Of a DNA stretch of 64,000 nucleotides, positions 1-9,592 are shown piece after piece. The notes beneath the pieces were generated by a model. That model worked only from the letters and a program-made list of their open reading frames with translations, was not told the origin of the DNA and did no database searches. This stretch comes from an uncultured Acidimicrobiaceae bacterium (GTDB lineage Bacteria; Actinomycetota; Acidimicrobiia; Spongiisociales; SHLN01), in NCBI GenBank assembly GCA_947259275.1, contig CAMYMH010000001.1, positions 108,287-172,286 of the forward strand, in the 5' to 3' direction. Every line of letters starts with the position of its first letter. Position 1 is the stretch's first letter. Made by a program: the position numbers and the translations under genes.

Positions 1-5
1 TCATT

Positions 6-590
6 TTGGCTGAAGCGCTGGCGATTCCCGGCCTCATCAACCCCGAGGACTACATGGGCCGGGGCGGGGTGATGGCCTTGCTCGGGATGGCGCTGTTGGT
101 CGCCGACGTTCTCCTCCCCGTTCCATCAAGCGTGGTGATGGTGGCACACGGTGCCCTGTTCGGGTTCGTGTTGGGTGCGGCCGCCTCACTGCTGGGAGCG
201 GTGGGAGCAGCTGTGGCCGGGTACGGCATCGGGCGTCGTGGGGGCCCGATGATGGCGCGGCTGCTGGATCCGAGGTTGGTGGCGCGTTCCGGGGGCATGG
301 TCCGAAGCTGGGGAGAGTTAGCCATCATTGCCACCCGGCCGGTGCCGATTCTGGCCGAGACCACCGCCATCCTGGCCGGGGCGGGAGGACTCGGGTGGAC
401 GAGATTGTTGCGGGGCGCCGCGCTCGGGTCGGTGCCACCGGCGCTCCTGTACGCGTGGGCGGGTGCCAGCGCGGCCGATGTGGGTGGCGGGTTGGTGGTG
501 TTTGCGCTGGTGTCGGCGGTGGCCGTCGCCACCTGGCTGGTGGGCCGTATGGTTGGGATGTCGGACGCCGCGGCCCCGGTCGAGCGCTAG
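6..590 (+). CDS. DedA/VTT (SNARE-associated, TVP38) membrane protein, possibly 5'-truncated
   Basis: Hydrophobic ORF with DedA-like motifs 'LPVPSS', 'GYGIGR' and 'RPVPILAE'. Confidence 0.8.
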   Translation: MAEALAIPGLINPEDYMGRGGVMALLGMALLVADVLLPVPSSVVMVAHGALFGFVLGAAASLLGAVGAAVAGYGIGRRGGPMMARLLDPRLVARSGGMVRSWGELAIIATRPVPILAETTAILAGAGGLGWTRLLRGAALGSVPPALLYAWAGASAADVGGGLVVFALVSAVAVATWLVGRMVGMSDAAAPVER

Positions 591-775
591 CCCGATCGCA
601 TCGAGCGATGAGCCGGGACGGACAGGGTATGAAGCTGGTGGCTGATCTGGGCAACCGCGTGGGGTGAGTTGCCGGATGATCCGATTGCAGCTCGCCGCAT
701 CTGCCTCAGAGGCGTTTGATATCAGAACCGGGCCCGGTTCCTTGCCTCGGAGGCCGATCAGCCCGCACCCGACCC

Positions 776-800
776 TCAAGCTGGTGCCGATCCTGCCGAT
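776..800 (+). promoter_or_regulatory. Sigma28 (FliA/WhiG)-like promoter
   Basis: TCAA-N15-GCCGAT (776-779, 795-800) versus consensus TAAA-N15-GCCGATAA, 31 nt upstream of the surface protein start. Confidence 0.55.
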
Positions 801-831
801 GGAGGGTGATCCCTAATCCGCGAGTCACAGT

Positions 832-3800
832 TTGTTCGTCGACGCCCAAGTTCATATCAGACGCATTCTTGGTGCCCTCGCGCTCATAGCGGTGTTGCTG
901 CCAACGCCGGCCAACGCCGGTAACAGCCCCGGCGGGGATGCCGCCGGGGCCTGGCCTGGCACATTCTCCGAGTACACGATGGCCGACGGCAGCAGCATCG
1001 TGGATGTCCAGGACAACAACCCCGACTACTCCGACATCTGGGGAGGCAGCGCCGATGCGTTGCCGAGCACCTTCTTCGGCAGCGACGGCACCAACATCTT
1101 TTTCCGCATCCGGGTCCGCGGCAACCCGGAGAAGAATGGTGGGCTCCAATCGACGGTGTTCCTGGTTTCGATCGCCGTCGGTGGCACCCAGGCCGCCGTG
1201 GTTGGATTGAACGGAAAGCCATCGTCGGTCGATTTCGTCTACACGGGCAACGCCGACGGAAGTGTGACCGGTCAGGTCTATACGACACCGTTCACCAACG
1301 ACGGTTCCGGCACCAGCGCAGGTGCCCGCTGGTCGACCGCCCCGGACGAGGGCTACTTCGTCGATTTCCAGGTCCCGATCTCGGCCATCACCGCGCTGGC
1401 GCCATCGGTTACCCCGTCCACTCCCGTCCAGCTGTTCTTCGGGACCTCGCAGGCGGCAAACCTGTCGGTGATCAACAAGGACTTCATGATCGGCTCAGAC
1501 GTCAGCTACGTGGGCTTGTCGACCGTCACCCTCTCAGGTGCGCCGGCCGGTGTCGCCCCCACCGCCCAAGACGACACCGCCACCGTGGACCAGGACGGGT
1601 CGGTGCTGGTCGATGTTGACGCCAATGACGTTGATCTCGACGGCGACCTGGACCCGGCTTCGGCTGCCGTCGGCACTCCGCCCGCCAACGGCAGCCTGGC
1701 GAACAACGGCAACGGCACATTCACCTACACGCCGGACCCGGGATACCGCGGTCCCGACTCTTTCACCTACACGATCTGCGACTCGATCGGACTGTGCGAC
1801 TCGGCCACCGCATCGGTCACCGTGCAACCAGGCGGTGCTCCGCCGGTCGCCAACGCCGACCTCGCACGGCTAGCCGAGGATGGCTCGGCGGTCATCGACG
1901 TGGCGGCTAACGACGTCGATCCCGACGGCGACCTGGACCCCACATCGGCTGCGGTGGCCACCCCGCCCGTCAACGGCAACCTGGCGAGCAACGGCGACGG
2001 CACGTTCACGTACACGCCGGACGCCGACTACAACGGTGCAGACTCGTTCACGTACTCGGTCTGTGACCTGGGCGGACGGTGTGACTCGGCCACGGTCACT
2101 CTCACCGTCGACCCGGTCAACGATCCGCCGGTGGCGGTGGCCGATACCCCAACCGTGCTCGAAGATGGATCGGTCGTGATCAACGCCGCCGCCAACGACA
2201 CGGACGTAGACGGGGACCTGAATCCGACGACGGCCGTGATTGCCGTCCCGCCCGCCCGCGGAACCGTCGCCGCCAATGGGGACGGGACCTTCACCTATAC
2301 CCCCGATCCGGACTTCAGCGGGACCGACTCGTTCACCTACACGATCTGCGACTCGAGCGGGTTGTGCGATTCCGCCACCGTCACCGTCACGGTCGACCCG
2401 GTCAACGATGACCCCACCGCCGCCCCCGACACCTTCACGTTCCCCGAGGACACCTCGCCAACGCTCGACGTCTTGGCCAACGACGGGGATCTCGATGGGG
2501 ATCCGCTCACCATTACCGGCTTCGACGCACTCAGCGTCGCCGGAGGAGTCGTCTCGTGCTCGGCGGCATCCTGCACCTACACGCCGCCGCCCGATTATTC
2601 GGGGCCGGACTCGTTCACCTACACCATCGATGACGGCAACGGCGGCATCGGCATCGCGACCGTCACGCTGAACGTCGTCGGGGTCAACGACGGGCCCGGG
2701 ATCAACGACGATCCGGTGACGGTGAATGAAGACACTCCACTGATCGTCGCCGTCCTGGCCAACGACACCGATCCGGAAGGAGACACCCTCAGCATCGACT
2801 TCTTCAGCCAGCCTCCCAACGGAACGGTCACCGACAACGGAGACGGCACCCTCACCTACACGCCGGATCCCGATTTCAGCGGTATCAACTCCTTCACCTA
2901 TCGGGCCTGCGACGACGGGACTCCAGCTTTGTGCGATGAGGCCGTGGTCACCGCCACCGTTGGTCCGGTCAACGATGCTCCGGTGGCCGGGGCCGACTCG
3001 GCGGCCACCGACGAGGACGTGCCGGTGGTCTTCGATGTCCTGGCCAACGACTTCGACCAGGAAGGTTCTGCACTGGCGATTTCGACCTACGACGTGGCGT
3101 CGACTGCCGGTGGAACGGTGGCCTGCACCCCGGCGGGCTCCTGCACGTACACGCCCCCACCGTTGTACTCAGGAAGTGACTCGTTCACCTATACGGTCGC
3201 CGACGGCAGCGGCGGAACCGACACAACCACGGTGACGATCGCCATCGGCCCCGTCAACAATCGCCCGGCAGCCGGCGCCGATGGCGCGTCTGTCACCGAA
3301 GACACGCCAACCACCTTCATCGGCGCCACCCTGCTGGTTAACGATTCCGACCCCGACTTCGACCCTCTGACCATCACCGCCGTTGCGGACGGTGCCCACG
3401 GCACGGCCGTTGTTGTCGGCGGCGACATCGTCTACACGCCTGCTCCCGACTACAGCGGTGGCGACACGCTCATCTACACCGTGTGCGATCCGGGCGGGTT
3501 GTGCGATACGGCCCAGATCACGGTCACGGTCGACCCGGTGAATGACGATCCGGTTGCGAAAGAGGACACCGCCACCACCGACGAGGATGTGCCGGTCACG
3601 GTGTCGGTTCTGGCCAACGACTCCGACGTCGAAGGCAACGCCTTGACCGTCACGCTGATCCCCACCACTCCGGCATCTGGCACCGCGGTAATCAACGGGG
3701 ACAACACCATCACCTACACGCCGGCGCTCGACTTCTTCGGTGTAGATGAGTTCCAGTACGAGATCAGCGACGGCAACGGAGGGACTGCGACCGGCTGGGC

Positions 3801-4758
3801 GCGCTTCGTAACTGTCAATCCGGTCAACGACGCTCCGGTAGCCGGCCCCGATACGGGCGCCGTCGACGAAGACTCTGCGGTGACCGTCGACGTGCTGGTC
3901 AACGATGCCGACGTCGACGACGTGGTCCTCACCATTGCTTCGCTCGGAAGCGCTGCCAATGGGACCATCTCTGACAACGGCGACGGCACAGTCACCTACA
4001 CGCCCGATTCCGATTACGCGGGGACGGACGCCTTCACCTACACCGTGTGCGACTCCGGCGGTTTGTGTGACAGCCAGACAGTCACCCTGACCGTCGATCC
4101 CCTCAATGATGCGCCGGTGGTGGTGGATGATCCGGTGGTGGTGGCGGAGGATGCGGTGGTGACGGTGGATGTGTTGGCGAATGACTCGGATGTGGATGGG
4201 GATGGTTTGTCGGTGTCGGGGGTGTCGTCGCCGTCGAATGGTTCGGTGGTGGTGAATCCGGATGGCACTTTGACCTATACCCCGGAGGCTGATTTCTTCG
4301 GGAGTGATTCGTTCACCTATACCGCCACCGACGGTACCGCCAGCGTGGTCGGTGCGGTCACCGTCACGGTGGCGCCGGTCAACGATCCGCCGACCGCGCC
4401 GGGAGTACAGGCGGTCGGAGCCGGCGTCGGGGAACCGCCGCCGCCCCTTCCGATCGGCGATCCGGAGGGTGGCGTGTTGACGGTCACCGTAATCGACGGA
4501 GACCTGCCTCCCGGCCTCACCCTCAACCCCGACGGCAGCTGGGCCGGCGAAGCCACCGAGCAGGGCACCTTCGCCTTCACTGTTGAAGTCTGTGATGAGG
4601 CGGGCGCATGCACGGTGTCGGTGCTGTCGATCTCGATTGCCCTCCTGCCGGCCACCGGGATCCCGGCGGTTCTTGTCTCCCGGTTGGGGCTGCTCCTTGT
4701 GCTGCTGGGTTGGACCGTCCTGCGCTGGGGCAATCGGCTCCTCCCCTCAACTGAATAG
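832..4758 (+). CDS. Large cell-surface protein with about 10 tandem Ig/cadherin-like (Big_9/tandem-95) repeats and a C-terminal LPxTG anchor
   Basis: Signal peptide (RRILGALALIAVLLPTPANA); repeated 'VND.PVA..D...ED..V..DVLAND.D.DG...TYTP..DF.G.DSFTY' units; LPATG + hydrophobic segment + basic tail. Confidence 0.9.
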   Translation: MFVDAQVHIRRILGALALIAVLLPTPANAGNSPGGDAAGAWPGTFSEYTMADGSSIVDVQDNNPDYSDIWGGSADALPSTFFGSDGTNIFFRIRVRGNPEKNGGLQSTVFLVSIAVGGTQAAVVGLNGKPSSVDFVYTGNADGSVTGQVYTTPFTNDGSGTSAGARWSTAPDEGYFVDFQVPISAITALAPSVTPSTPVQLFFGTSQAANLSVINKDFMIGSDVSYVGLSTVTLSGAPAGVAPTAQDDTATVDQDGSVLVDVDANDVDLDGDLDPASAAVGTPPANGSLANNGNGTFTYTPDPGYRGPDSFTYTICDSIGLCDSATASVTVQPGGAPPVANADLARLAEDGSAVIDVAANDVDPDGDLDPTSAAVATPPVNGNLASNGDGTFTYTPDADYNGADSFTYSVCDLGGRCDSATVTLTVDPVNDPPVAVADTPTVLEDGSVVINAAANDTDVDGDLNPTTAVIAVPPARGTVAANGDGTFTYTPDPDFSGTDSFTYTICDSSGLCDSATVTVTVDPVNDDPTAAPDTFTFPEDTSPTLDVLANDGDLDGDPLTITGFDALSVAGGVVSCSAASCTYTPPPDYSGPDSFTYTIDDGNGGIGIATVTLNVVGVNDGPGINDDPVTVNEDTPLIVAVLANDTDPEGDTLSIDFFSQPPNGTVTDNGDGTLTYTPDPDFSGINSFTYRACDDGTPALCDEAVVTATVGPVNDAPVAGADSAATDEDVPVVFDVLANDFDQEGSALAISTYDVASTAGGTVACTPAGSCTYTPPPLYSGSDSFTYTVADGSGGTDTTTVTIAIGPVNNRPAAGADGASVTEDTPTTFIGATLLVNDSDPDFDPLTITAVADGAHGTAVVVGGDIVYTPAPDYSGGDTLIYTVCDPGGLCDTAQITVTVDPVNDDPVAKEDTATTDEDVPVTVSVLANDSDVEGNALTVTLIPTTPASGTAVINGDNTITYTPALDFFGVDEFQYEISDGNGGTATGWARFVTVNPVNDAPVAGPDTGAVDEDSAVTVDVLVNDADVDDVVLTIASLGSAANGTISDNGDGTVTYTPDSDYAGTDAFTYTVCDSGGLCDSQTVTLTVDPLNDAPVVVDDPVVVAEDAVVTVDVLANDSDVDGDGLSVSGVSSPSNGSVVVNPDGTLTYTPEADFFGSDSFTYTATDGTASVVGAVTVTVAPVNDPPTAPGVQAVGAGVGEPPPPLPIGDPEGGVLTVTVIDGDLPPGLTLNPDGSWAGEATEQGTFAFTVEVCDEAGACTVSVLSISIALLPATGIPAVLVSRLGLLLVLLGWTVLRWGNRLLPSTE

Positions 4759-5500
4759 GCCGGCTAACCGCCTTCTCCCGCGTCGAGCATTCATTGCCAT
4801 GCCGGCAAATCGCTGACTGGAGAGAGAACATCTTCGATCTCGACGCCCGGGACGAGTTCTGGTCCCGGCCAATCCAACTACCTCTGCGGCCCCGGGCGCC
4901 TACCGCTCGGGTGGCGGCACATCTGCCCGGGCCGAGTTGCGATGGAAAGCGGAACTCTGAGGTGAGGGACGTTGATGGGTCGGTCCGAACTCAGTTGTCG
5001 GGTGTTCTCGAAACCTCGAGAACTTCGAAACAAGATCGCGCCTCCGAACGTCATATGCCTACCAACGAGCGACGCTCCCGGAAGGAAGCCAAGCTGCCCA
5101 ACCGGTGGCGGCGCTCCGGATGAGACATGAAACCGCCGCCTCGGCGCTAGTTCTGGGAGGAACTTTGACCATCCTCGACGCCGACGGCTATGTCGCTCGG
5201 ATCATCCAGCAATACGTTCCGTAGGCGTTACCCCGGAACAGGGCCGGGTCCGCCCGGCCCATGTGTCCGCCCGGATGGCATTGGTATCCGTGGTCGAGTC
5301 CGTGCGGGGTGGTTAGTTCGCTTCTGGATGCTTGAACCCGGTCCGCTCCTTCGGAGTCGTTCGGGTAGTCGATTGATGAGAACTCCGCAGGTCCCGGCAG
5401 AGACTTCATTCGCTACCGCAAGGGAATCCAGCGGGCGAGAAACTCGCCTGGCGGGATATGCGCATGGTGGAGCGCTGGTGGACGCGGCATGATTGTGTCC

Positions 5501-6562
5501 GTGAGATCGAGAGCAATGGCATGGACCTTGGCCGGCATGGCGGTGCTGGCGGCGGTGGTGGCCCTGGTTGTCGCAGCTGGCGGCGGGGGAGACGACGCCG
5601 GCGATGGCGCGGAGCCGGAGGTACTGGCCGCGACCCAGACCTCCGTGACCGAGGTCCCACTGCCGGACCCTGCACCCGGGTCGGCTACCGTGCCTCCGCC
5701 TCCCGTAAGCACCACGACCACCACGGCACCGCCGGCGACCACGACCACGACGACCACGGCAACCACTGCGCCGCCGGTGACGACGACCACGACCACCACG
5801 ACACTGCCGGTGACGACGACCACCGCGTCGGTTCCTCCGGTCTCACCGTCGAGTGGGTACACCCCGGTACTCAAGCCCGCGACCGGGCCCGGCAGGGTTG
5901 CCCCGGGCGGCGTTCTCACCAAGCACCTGGCGGCGGACATCGCCATCGCCTTCGGCTTCGACACGGCCGAGGTGGTGGCGGCCATCGCCGCAGTCGAGCT
6001 GCCGCCTGAAGCCGGCGGCAACCCGGAGGGATGGCTGGCGCCCGGCACCTATGAACCGGCCGACGGCGCCGGCGCGGCGGAAACCGTGCAGGCGATGGTG
6101 GATCGCCGGGTGGCCCAACTCGAGGCGCGCCAAATCTCCCGGGATCAGTGGCACCGGGTGCTGACCGCCGCCTCGGTGATCGAGAAGGAGACGTACAACC
6201 AGAACGAGAAGCCCCGCGTGGCACGGGTGCTCGCCAACCGGCTGGCCGGCGGCGGGCCCCTGCAGATGGATTCGATCATCCTCTATCCGGTGCCGGAGGA
6301 CCGGATCTTCACCACCAGGGAGGAACGGGCCTCGGACCAGCCCTACAACTCGTACCGGCATAACGGTCTGCCGCCCACGCCGATCTGTTCCCCCGACGAG
6401 GCGTCCCTCGACGCGTTCCTGGCCCCGCCGCCGGGCAACTGGTGGTTCTACGTGACCATCGACCTGCACTCGGGCGAGACTCGCTTTGCCGTCACCTTCG
6501 AGGAGCACCAGGCCAACGTCGAGCTGCTCCGCGCCTGGCTGACCGACCACCCCACCCCGTAG
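5501..6562 (+). CDS. mltG: Endolytic transglycosylase MltG (YceG-like) with Thr/Pro-rich linker
   Basis: 'EGWLAPGTY', 'ASVIEKE', 'NRL...PLQMD', 'PYNSY...GLPPTPI.SP'; N-terminal TM helix; GTG start 7 nt after CATGAT (ATG 5489 is the alternative). Confidence 0.85.
   Translation: MRSRAMAWTLAGMAVLAAVVALVVAAGGGGDDAGDGAEPEVLAATQTSVTEVPLPDPAPGSATVPPPPVSTTTTTAPPATTTTTTTATTAPPVTTTTTTTTLPVTTTTASVPPVSPSSGYTPVLKPATGPGRVAPGGVLTKHLAADIAIAFGFDTAEVVAAIAAVELPPEAGGNPEGWLAPGTYEPADGAGAAETVQAMVDRRVAQLEARQISRDQWHRVLTAASVIEKETYNQNEKPRVARVLANRLAGGGPLQMDSIILYPVPEDRIFTTREERASDQPYNSYRHNGLPPTPICSPDEASLDAFLAPPPGNWWFYVTIDLHSGETRFAVTFEEHQANVELLRAWLTDHPTP
5710..5826 (+). repeat. Low-complexity Thr-rich coding repeat (TTTTTAPP units)
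   Basis: Runs of ACC/ACG codons within mltG. Confidence 0.8.
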
Positions 6563-6701
6563 CCGGCGTCGGATCAGCCCGGGCTGGCGCAGGACGACGG
6601 GTCGATGCCCTGAATACCCGGGGAGGGTCGGCAGCGTTAGCCGGAGCCGACGGGGATTGATTGGTGAGGTCGGGAACCTTCGACCCTCCGCCCCGGAGGC
6701 C

Positions 6702-7361
6702 TCACGGAGGAGTGAGCCCGTCGAGCCCGAGCGATTGTGCGAGCTCGTACACATAGCGGCGGTGCGCCGGGCGGTTGGTGCAGCTGTCGTAATAGGAGCG
6801 CAGCACCTCGTCGGCATCGTCAATCCGCTCGAGTCGGCGGAGGATCATCACCACCGGGAGGTCGGTCGGGGTCGGGAGTGCCTCTCGTCCTCCCGCCTGG
6901 AACAGGTCGAGTATTGCCGCCCGAGTTCCCCGCCGGGACAGCCAATCGAGTCCCGGTCCCAGCAACACTGATGACACGCGGTCGGCCGAGGAGGGTTCGT
7001 CGAGTGACCACCAGACATCCTCGGCGCGATCCATGAAGTGTCCGAGACGGACGCGGAGCTGGCAGTCATAGTCGTTGAGGAACCCCGGGAATACCTCGCC
7101 GGAGGGCGCCATCTGCTCCCAGGCTTCCTCAACAGCCACCCCCAGATTCACGGTGAAGAGCCCGTATAGGTCGAGCCGGAACGGGGGGATCGGTTCCGCG
7201 CCGGGCGGCTCCTTCGGTCCCATCTGGAAATTGACGACCTGGACTACTCCGTCTTCGACCGATCGATTGAACGTGTGGCGGCGCTTCCGGAAACCAGCGG
7301 TCTTCAGCTCCGGATGGATTTGCCGCACGATTTTTGCCATTTCGTCCGCGTACTCAGTCAC
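6702..7361 (-). CDS. DUF4304-like protein
   Basis: 'LKTAGFRKRRHTFNR...VQVVNFQ...FTVNLGV' pattern; GGAG RBS before the GTG at 7361. Confidence 0.7.
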   Translation of the reverse strand: MTEYADEMAKIVRQIHPELKTAGFRKRRHTFNRSVEDGVVQVVNFQMGPKEPPGAEPIPPFRLDLYGLFTVNLGVAVEEAWEQMAPSGEVFPGFLNDYDCQLRVRLGHFMDRAEDVWWSLDEPSSADRVSSVLLGPGLDWLSRRGTRAAILDLFQAGGREALPTPTDLPVVMILRRLERIDDADEVLRSYYDSCTNRPAHRRYVYELAQSLGLDGLTPP

Positions 7362-7806
7362 CGCCGATCTCCATGTGTTGGGTACTTCGCCGGCCAGAGG
7401 CCGACACACGGTGAGGGTACGACGTTTCGGCCACCGTCGAGTCCCGCCCCCCGTCTCCTGCGATCCACTCACGTTCACCGCGGCTCTTTGCGCCGCCGGT
7501 TTCACCGGGGCGGCCGTAACTGTCGTTCGCCTCTATCCACCAGTAATTGCGTGGTACGAGTGACGGGGTGCCGCGGGTAGGGGCGGCACCCCGCTTCACC
7601 GTCGAAACGGCGGCCCACCCGTTGGGAGACTCCAACCAGGCAACTCCTGGCTTCCACCCGTCCGGGATGCCGGCCGGCTCTGACGGGCCGAGCTCCTTGG
7701 TCCATACGGGAGTGGCCTCGTAATACTTCGCCGTTCGTCGCATCAAATTGCAGAGGGTATTGGCCCCACAACATTGCAGGGAGAAACTCCGTGAGGGAGT
7801 TGCCAT
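7354..7806 (-). CDS. Hypothetical protein or gene remnant
   Basis: 150-aa ORF whose end overlaps the DUF4304 start; no family recognised. Confidence 0.25.
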   Translation of the reverse strand: MATPSRSFSLQCCGANTLCNLMRRTAKYYEATPVWTKELGPSEPAGIPDGWKPGVAWLESPNGWAAVSTVKRGAAPTRGTPSLVPRNYWWIEANDSYGRPGETGGAKSRGEREWIAGDGGRDSTVAETSYPHRVSASGRRSTQHMEIGGD

Positions 7807-7928
7807 CAGACCCGCCTGAGCCTCGCGTAGTTGGCGGCCCGGCCCGGAATCTCACCGCGACTGTCAAGGGTTGGGGGACAGCTGGTTTGATCCACGCTTT
7901 GCCCAAGGACTCAACAACTCCAGCGAGA

Positions 7929-8399
7929 TCACATCAAGGCCAGTTCGGTCGAGATGTCGATGGCGTCCCGGATGCTGCGCGCCACCGGACAGGAATCGGC
8001 GTGCACGCGGTGGGCCCGCTCGACCTTCTCGCGGTCTTCGGCGGTTTCTACCCCCCGCAGTGTGTAGGACACGTGGATCCGCTTGACCACCAGGACCTTG
8101 CCCTCCTTTTCGATCTCACCCACGGTCTCTGATGTCAGGTTCCCGTTGCTTGCGTTGATGCCACGCGCCTCCAGCGCGCCTCCCAGGGTGCCGGTCAGTC
8201 AACCGCCGGCGGCGGCAACCAGGTAATCGATGGTGGTGGCGTCCGGGGGGAAGTCATCCGGGTCGACTCCGTAGTGCTCGGCGATCTCGCTGTGCACCCC
8301 GAAGGTGATGTGGGCGTCCTGGGTGGGAAGCCACGCTTTGCGCATCGGCCCCCGCACTCGCTCGATCTTCACCACCGACCGATACGCCACCTCTGACAT
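7929..8399 (-). CDS. OsmC/Ohr-like protein with in-frame TGA (probable selenocysteine)
   Basis: AGGAGG RBS, ATG 8399; the frame reads ...DYLVAAAGG-[TGA 8201-8199]-LTGTLGGALEARG...HADSCPVARSI...; the TGA aligns with the OsmC peroxidatic Cys and the second Cys is kept. Confidence 0.85.
8163..8198 (-). promoter_or_regulatory. Candidate bacterial SECIS hairpin
   Basis: mRNA G-CGCGC-UGGAG-GCGCG-U (8179-8163); the loop starts 25 nt after the UGA and has G at its second position. Confidence 0.6.
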
Positions 8400-8520
8400 G
8401 CGACACCTCCTGACAGGAATGTAGCCGAGCCGGTTGGCGAAGCGCGCCCGCCGTAGACCACGCCGGTGGGAATGATCCAGCCCTCCCCTCTCCCGCTCAT
8501 GCGGGCAGCTACCCGAGAAT

Positions 8521-9585
8521 TCAACCTGGCGTCGAGAGCGGACCGGTAAGGGCAAGGACCAGCTCCTTGAGGAACCGGGCGGCGGGCGCTCCGTCGACGA
8601 AGGCGTGATCGAAGGTGAGCGACAACACCATTTGGTGACTGGCCACAACCGCCTCGGTGGCATCGAAGGCTGGGACTTTCCTCATCGCTCCCACACCGAG
8701 GATGGCAACCTGGGGCAGATTGATGATCGGGGTGAAGCCTTCAACACCGAGACTGCCGAGGTTCGTGACCGTGAAGGTTCCCCCCTGGTAGTCGGCGGTC
8801 GTGAGCGCCTTGGTCCGGGCTCTCTGCGCTAGCTCCTTGATACTGTCGGCGAGCTGGCTAATCGTGAGGGCATCGGCGTTGGCTATGACGGGAGCGACCA
8901 GACCGTCGTCGGTCTGAACCGCCACCGCCACGTTCACCGCCGCGGCCGGTGAGAAGTCATCGCCCGTCCGGGACCCGTTGAGTTCTGGATGATCGGCCAA
9001 GACCACCGCAGTGGCTTTGACGATCGCAGCCGAAATGTTGGTGGGGGGCTCCGGTCCGAAGTCGACGGTCGTAAACAGCGTCACCGGAGCCGTCTCGGCG
9101 TGGCTTTGCCGCATGTTGCGGGCGATCACCGCGCGTAGGCCCTGAAAACCAGTAGCAGTTCCGGCCTGCCCCCGCACGTCGTCCTCGGTGATTCGTCCGC
9201 CGGGACCGGACCCGGCGATGGCAGCGAGGTCGACGCCGAGCTCTCGACCCAGCCGCTTGGCCGCGGGTGAGGCCTTGACAGCCGGCCCCTGCTCAGGTGC
9301 GATCGCGGTGGTCGGCGCAGGCTCGGCGCCAGATCCGAGCGATTCGACGATCTGGCAGATCGGACTGGCTTGGGCAACCGGGTCGCCAATTGCGACCCGG
9401 TTGACAACATATCCACCGATCGGAGCGAACACCTCCGCCGCTACCTTCTCAGCCTGTACTTCGGCGATCAGCTGGTCCGGCTGGCAGGCCTGACCCTCGT
9501 CGACAAACCACGCCGTGATTACGGCATCCTCACCAGCTTCAGTGACGATCGGCATCGCCACATCGGTGGCCGCGTGCGTTGACAT
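8521..9585 (-). CDS. 2-oxoacid/acetoin dehydrogenase E2 (dihydrolipoamide acyltransferase)
   Basis: Lipoyl domain 'EVQAEKVAAEV', E3-binding 'ASPAAKRL...GSGPGGRITEDDV', catalytic 'TFDHAFVDGA'. Confidence 0.9.
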   Translation of the reverse strand: MSTHAATDVAMPIVTEAGEDAVITAWFVDEGQACQPDQLIAEVQAEKVAAEVFAPIGGYVVNRVAIGDPVAQASPICQIVESLGSGAEPAPTTAIAPEQGPAVKASPAAKRLGRELGVDLAAIAGSGPGGRITEDDVRGQAGTATGFQGLRAVIARNMRQSHAETAPVTLFTTVDFGPEPPTNISAAIVKATAVVLADHPELNGSRTGDDFSPAAAVNVAVAVQTDDGLVAPVIANADALTISQLADSIKELAQRARTKALTTADYQGGTFTVTNLGSLGVEGFTPIINLPQVAILGVGAMRKVPAFDATEAVVASHQMVLSLTFDHAFVDGAPAARFLKELVLALTGPLSTPG

Positions 9586-9592
9586 GTTTCGC

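Noticed and set aside
8199-8663. 154-aa and 64-aa ORFs as separate genes or a pseudogene
   Set aside because: Better explained as one frame from ATG 8399 with a recoded TGA.
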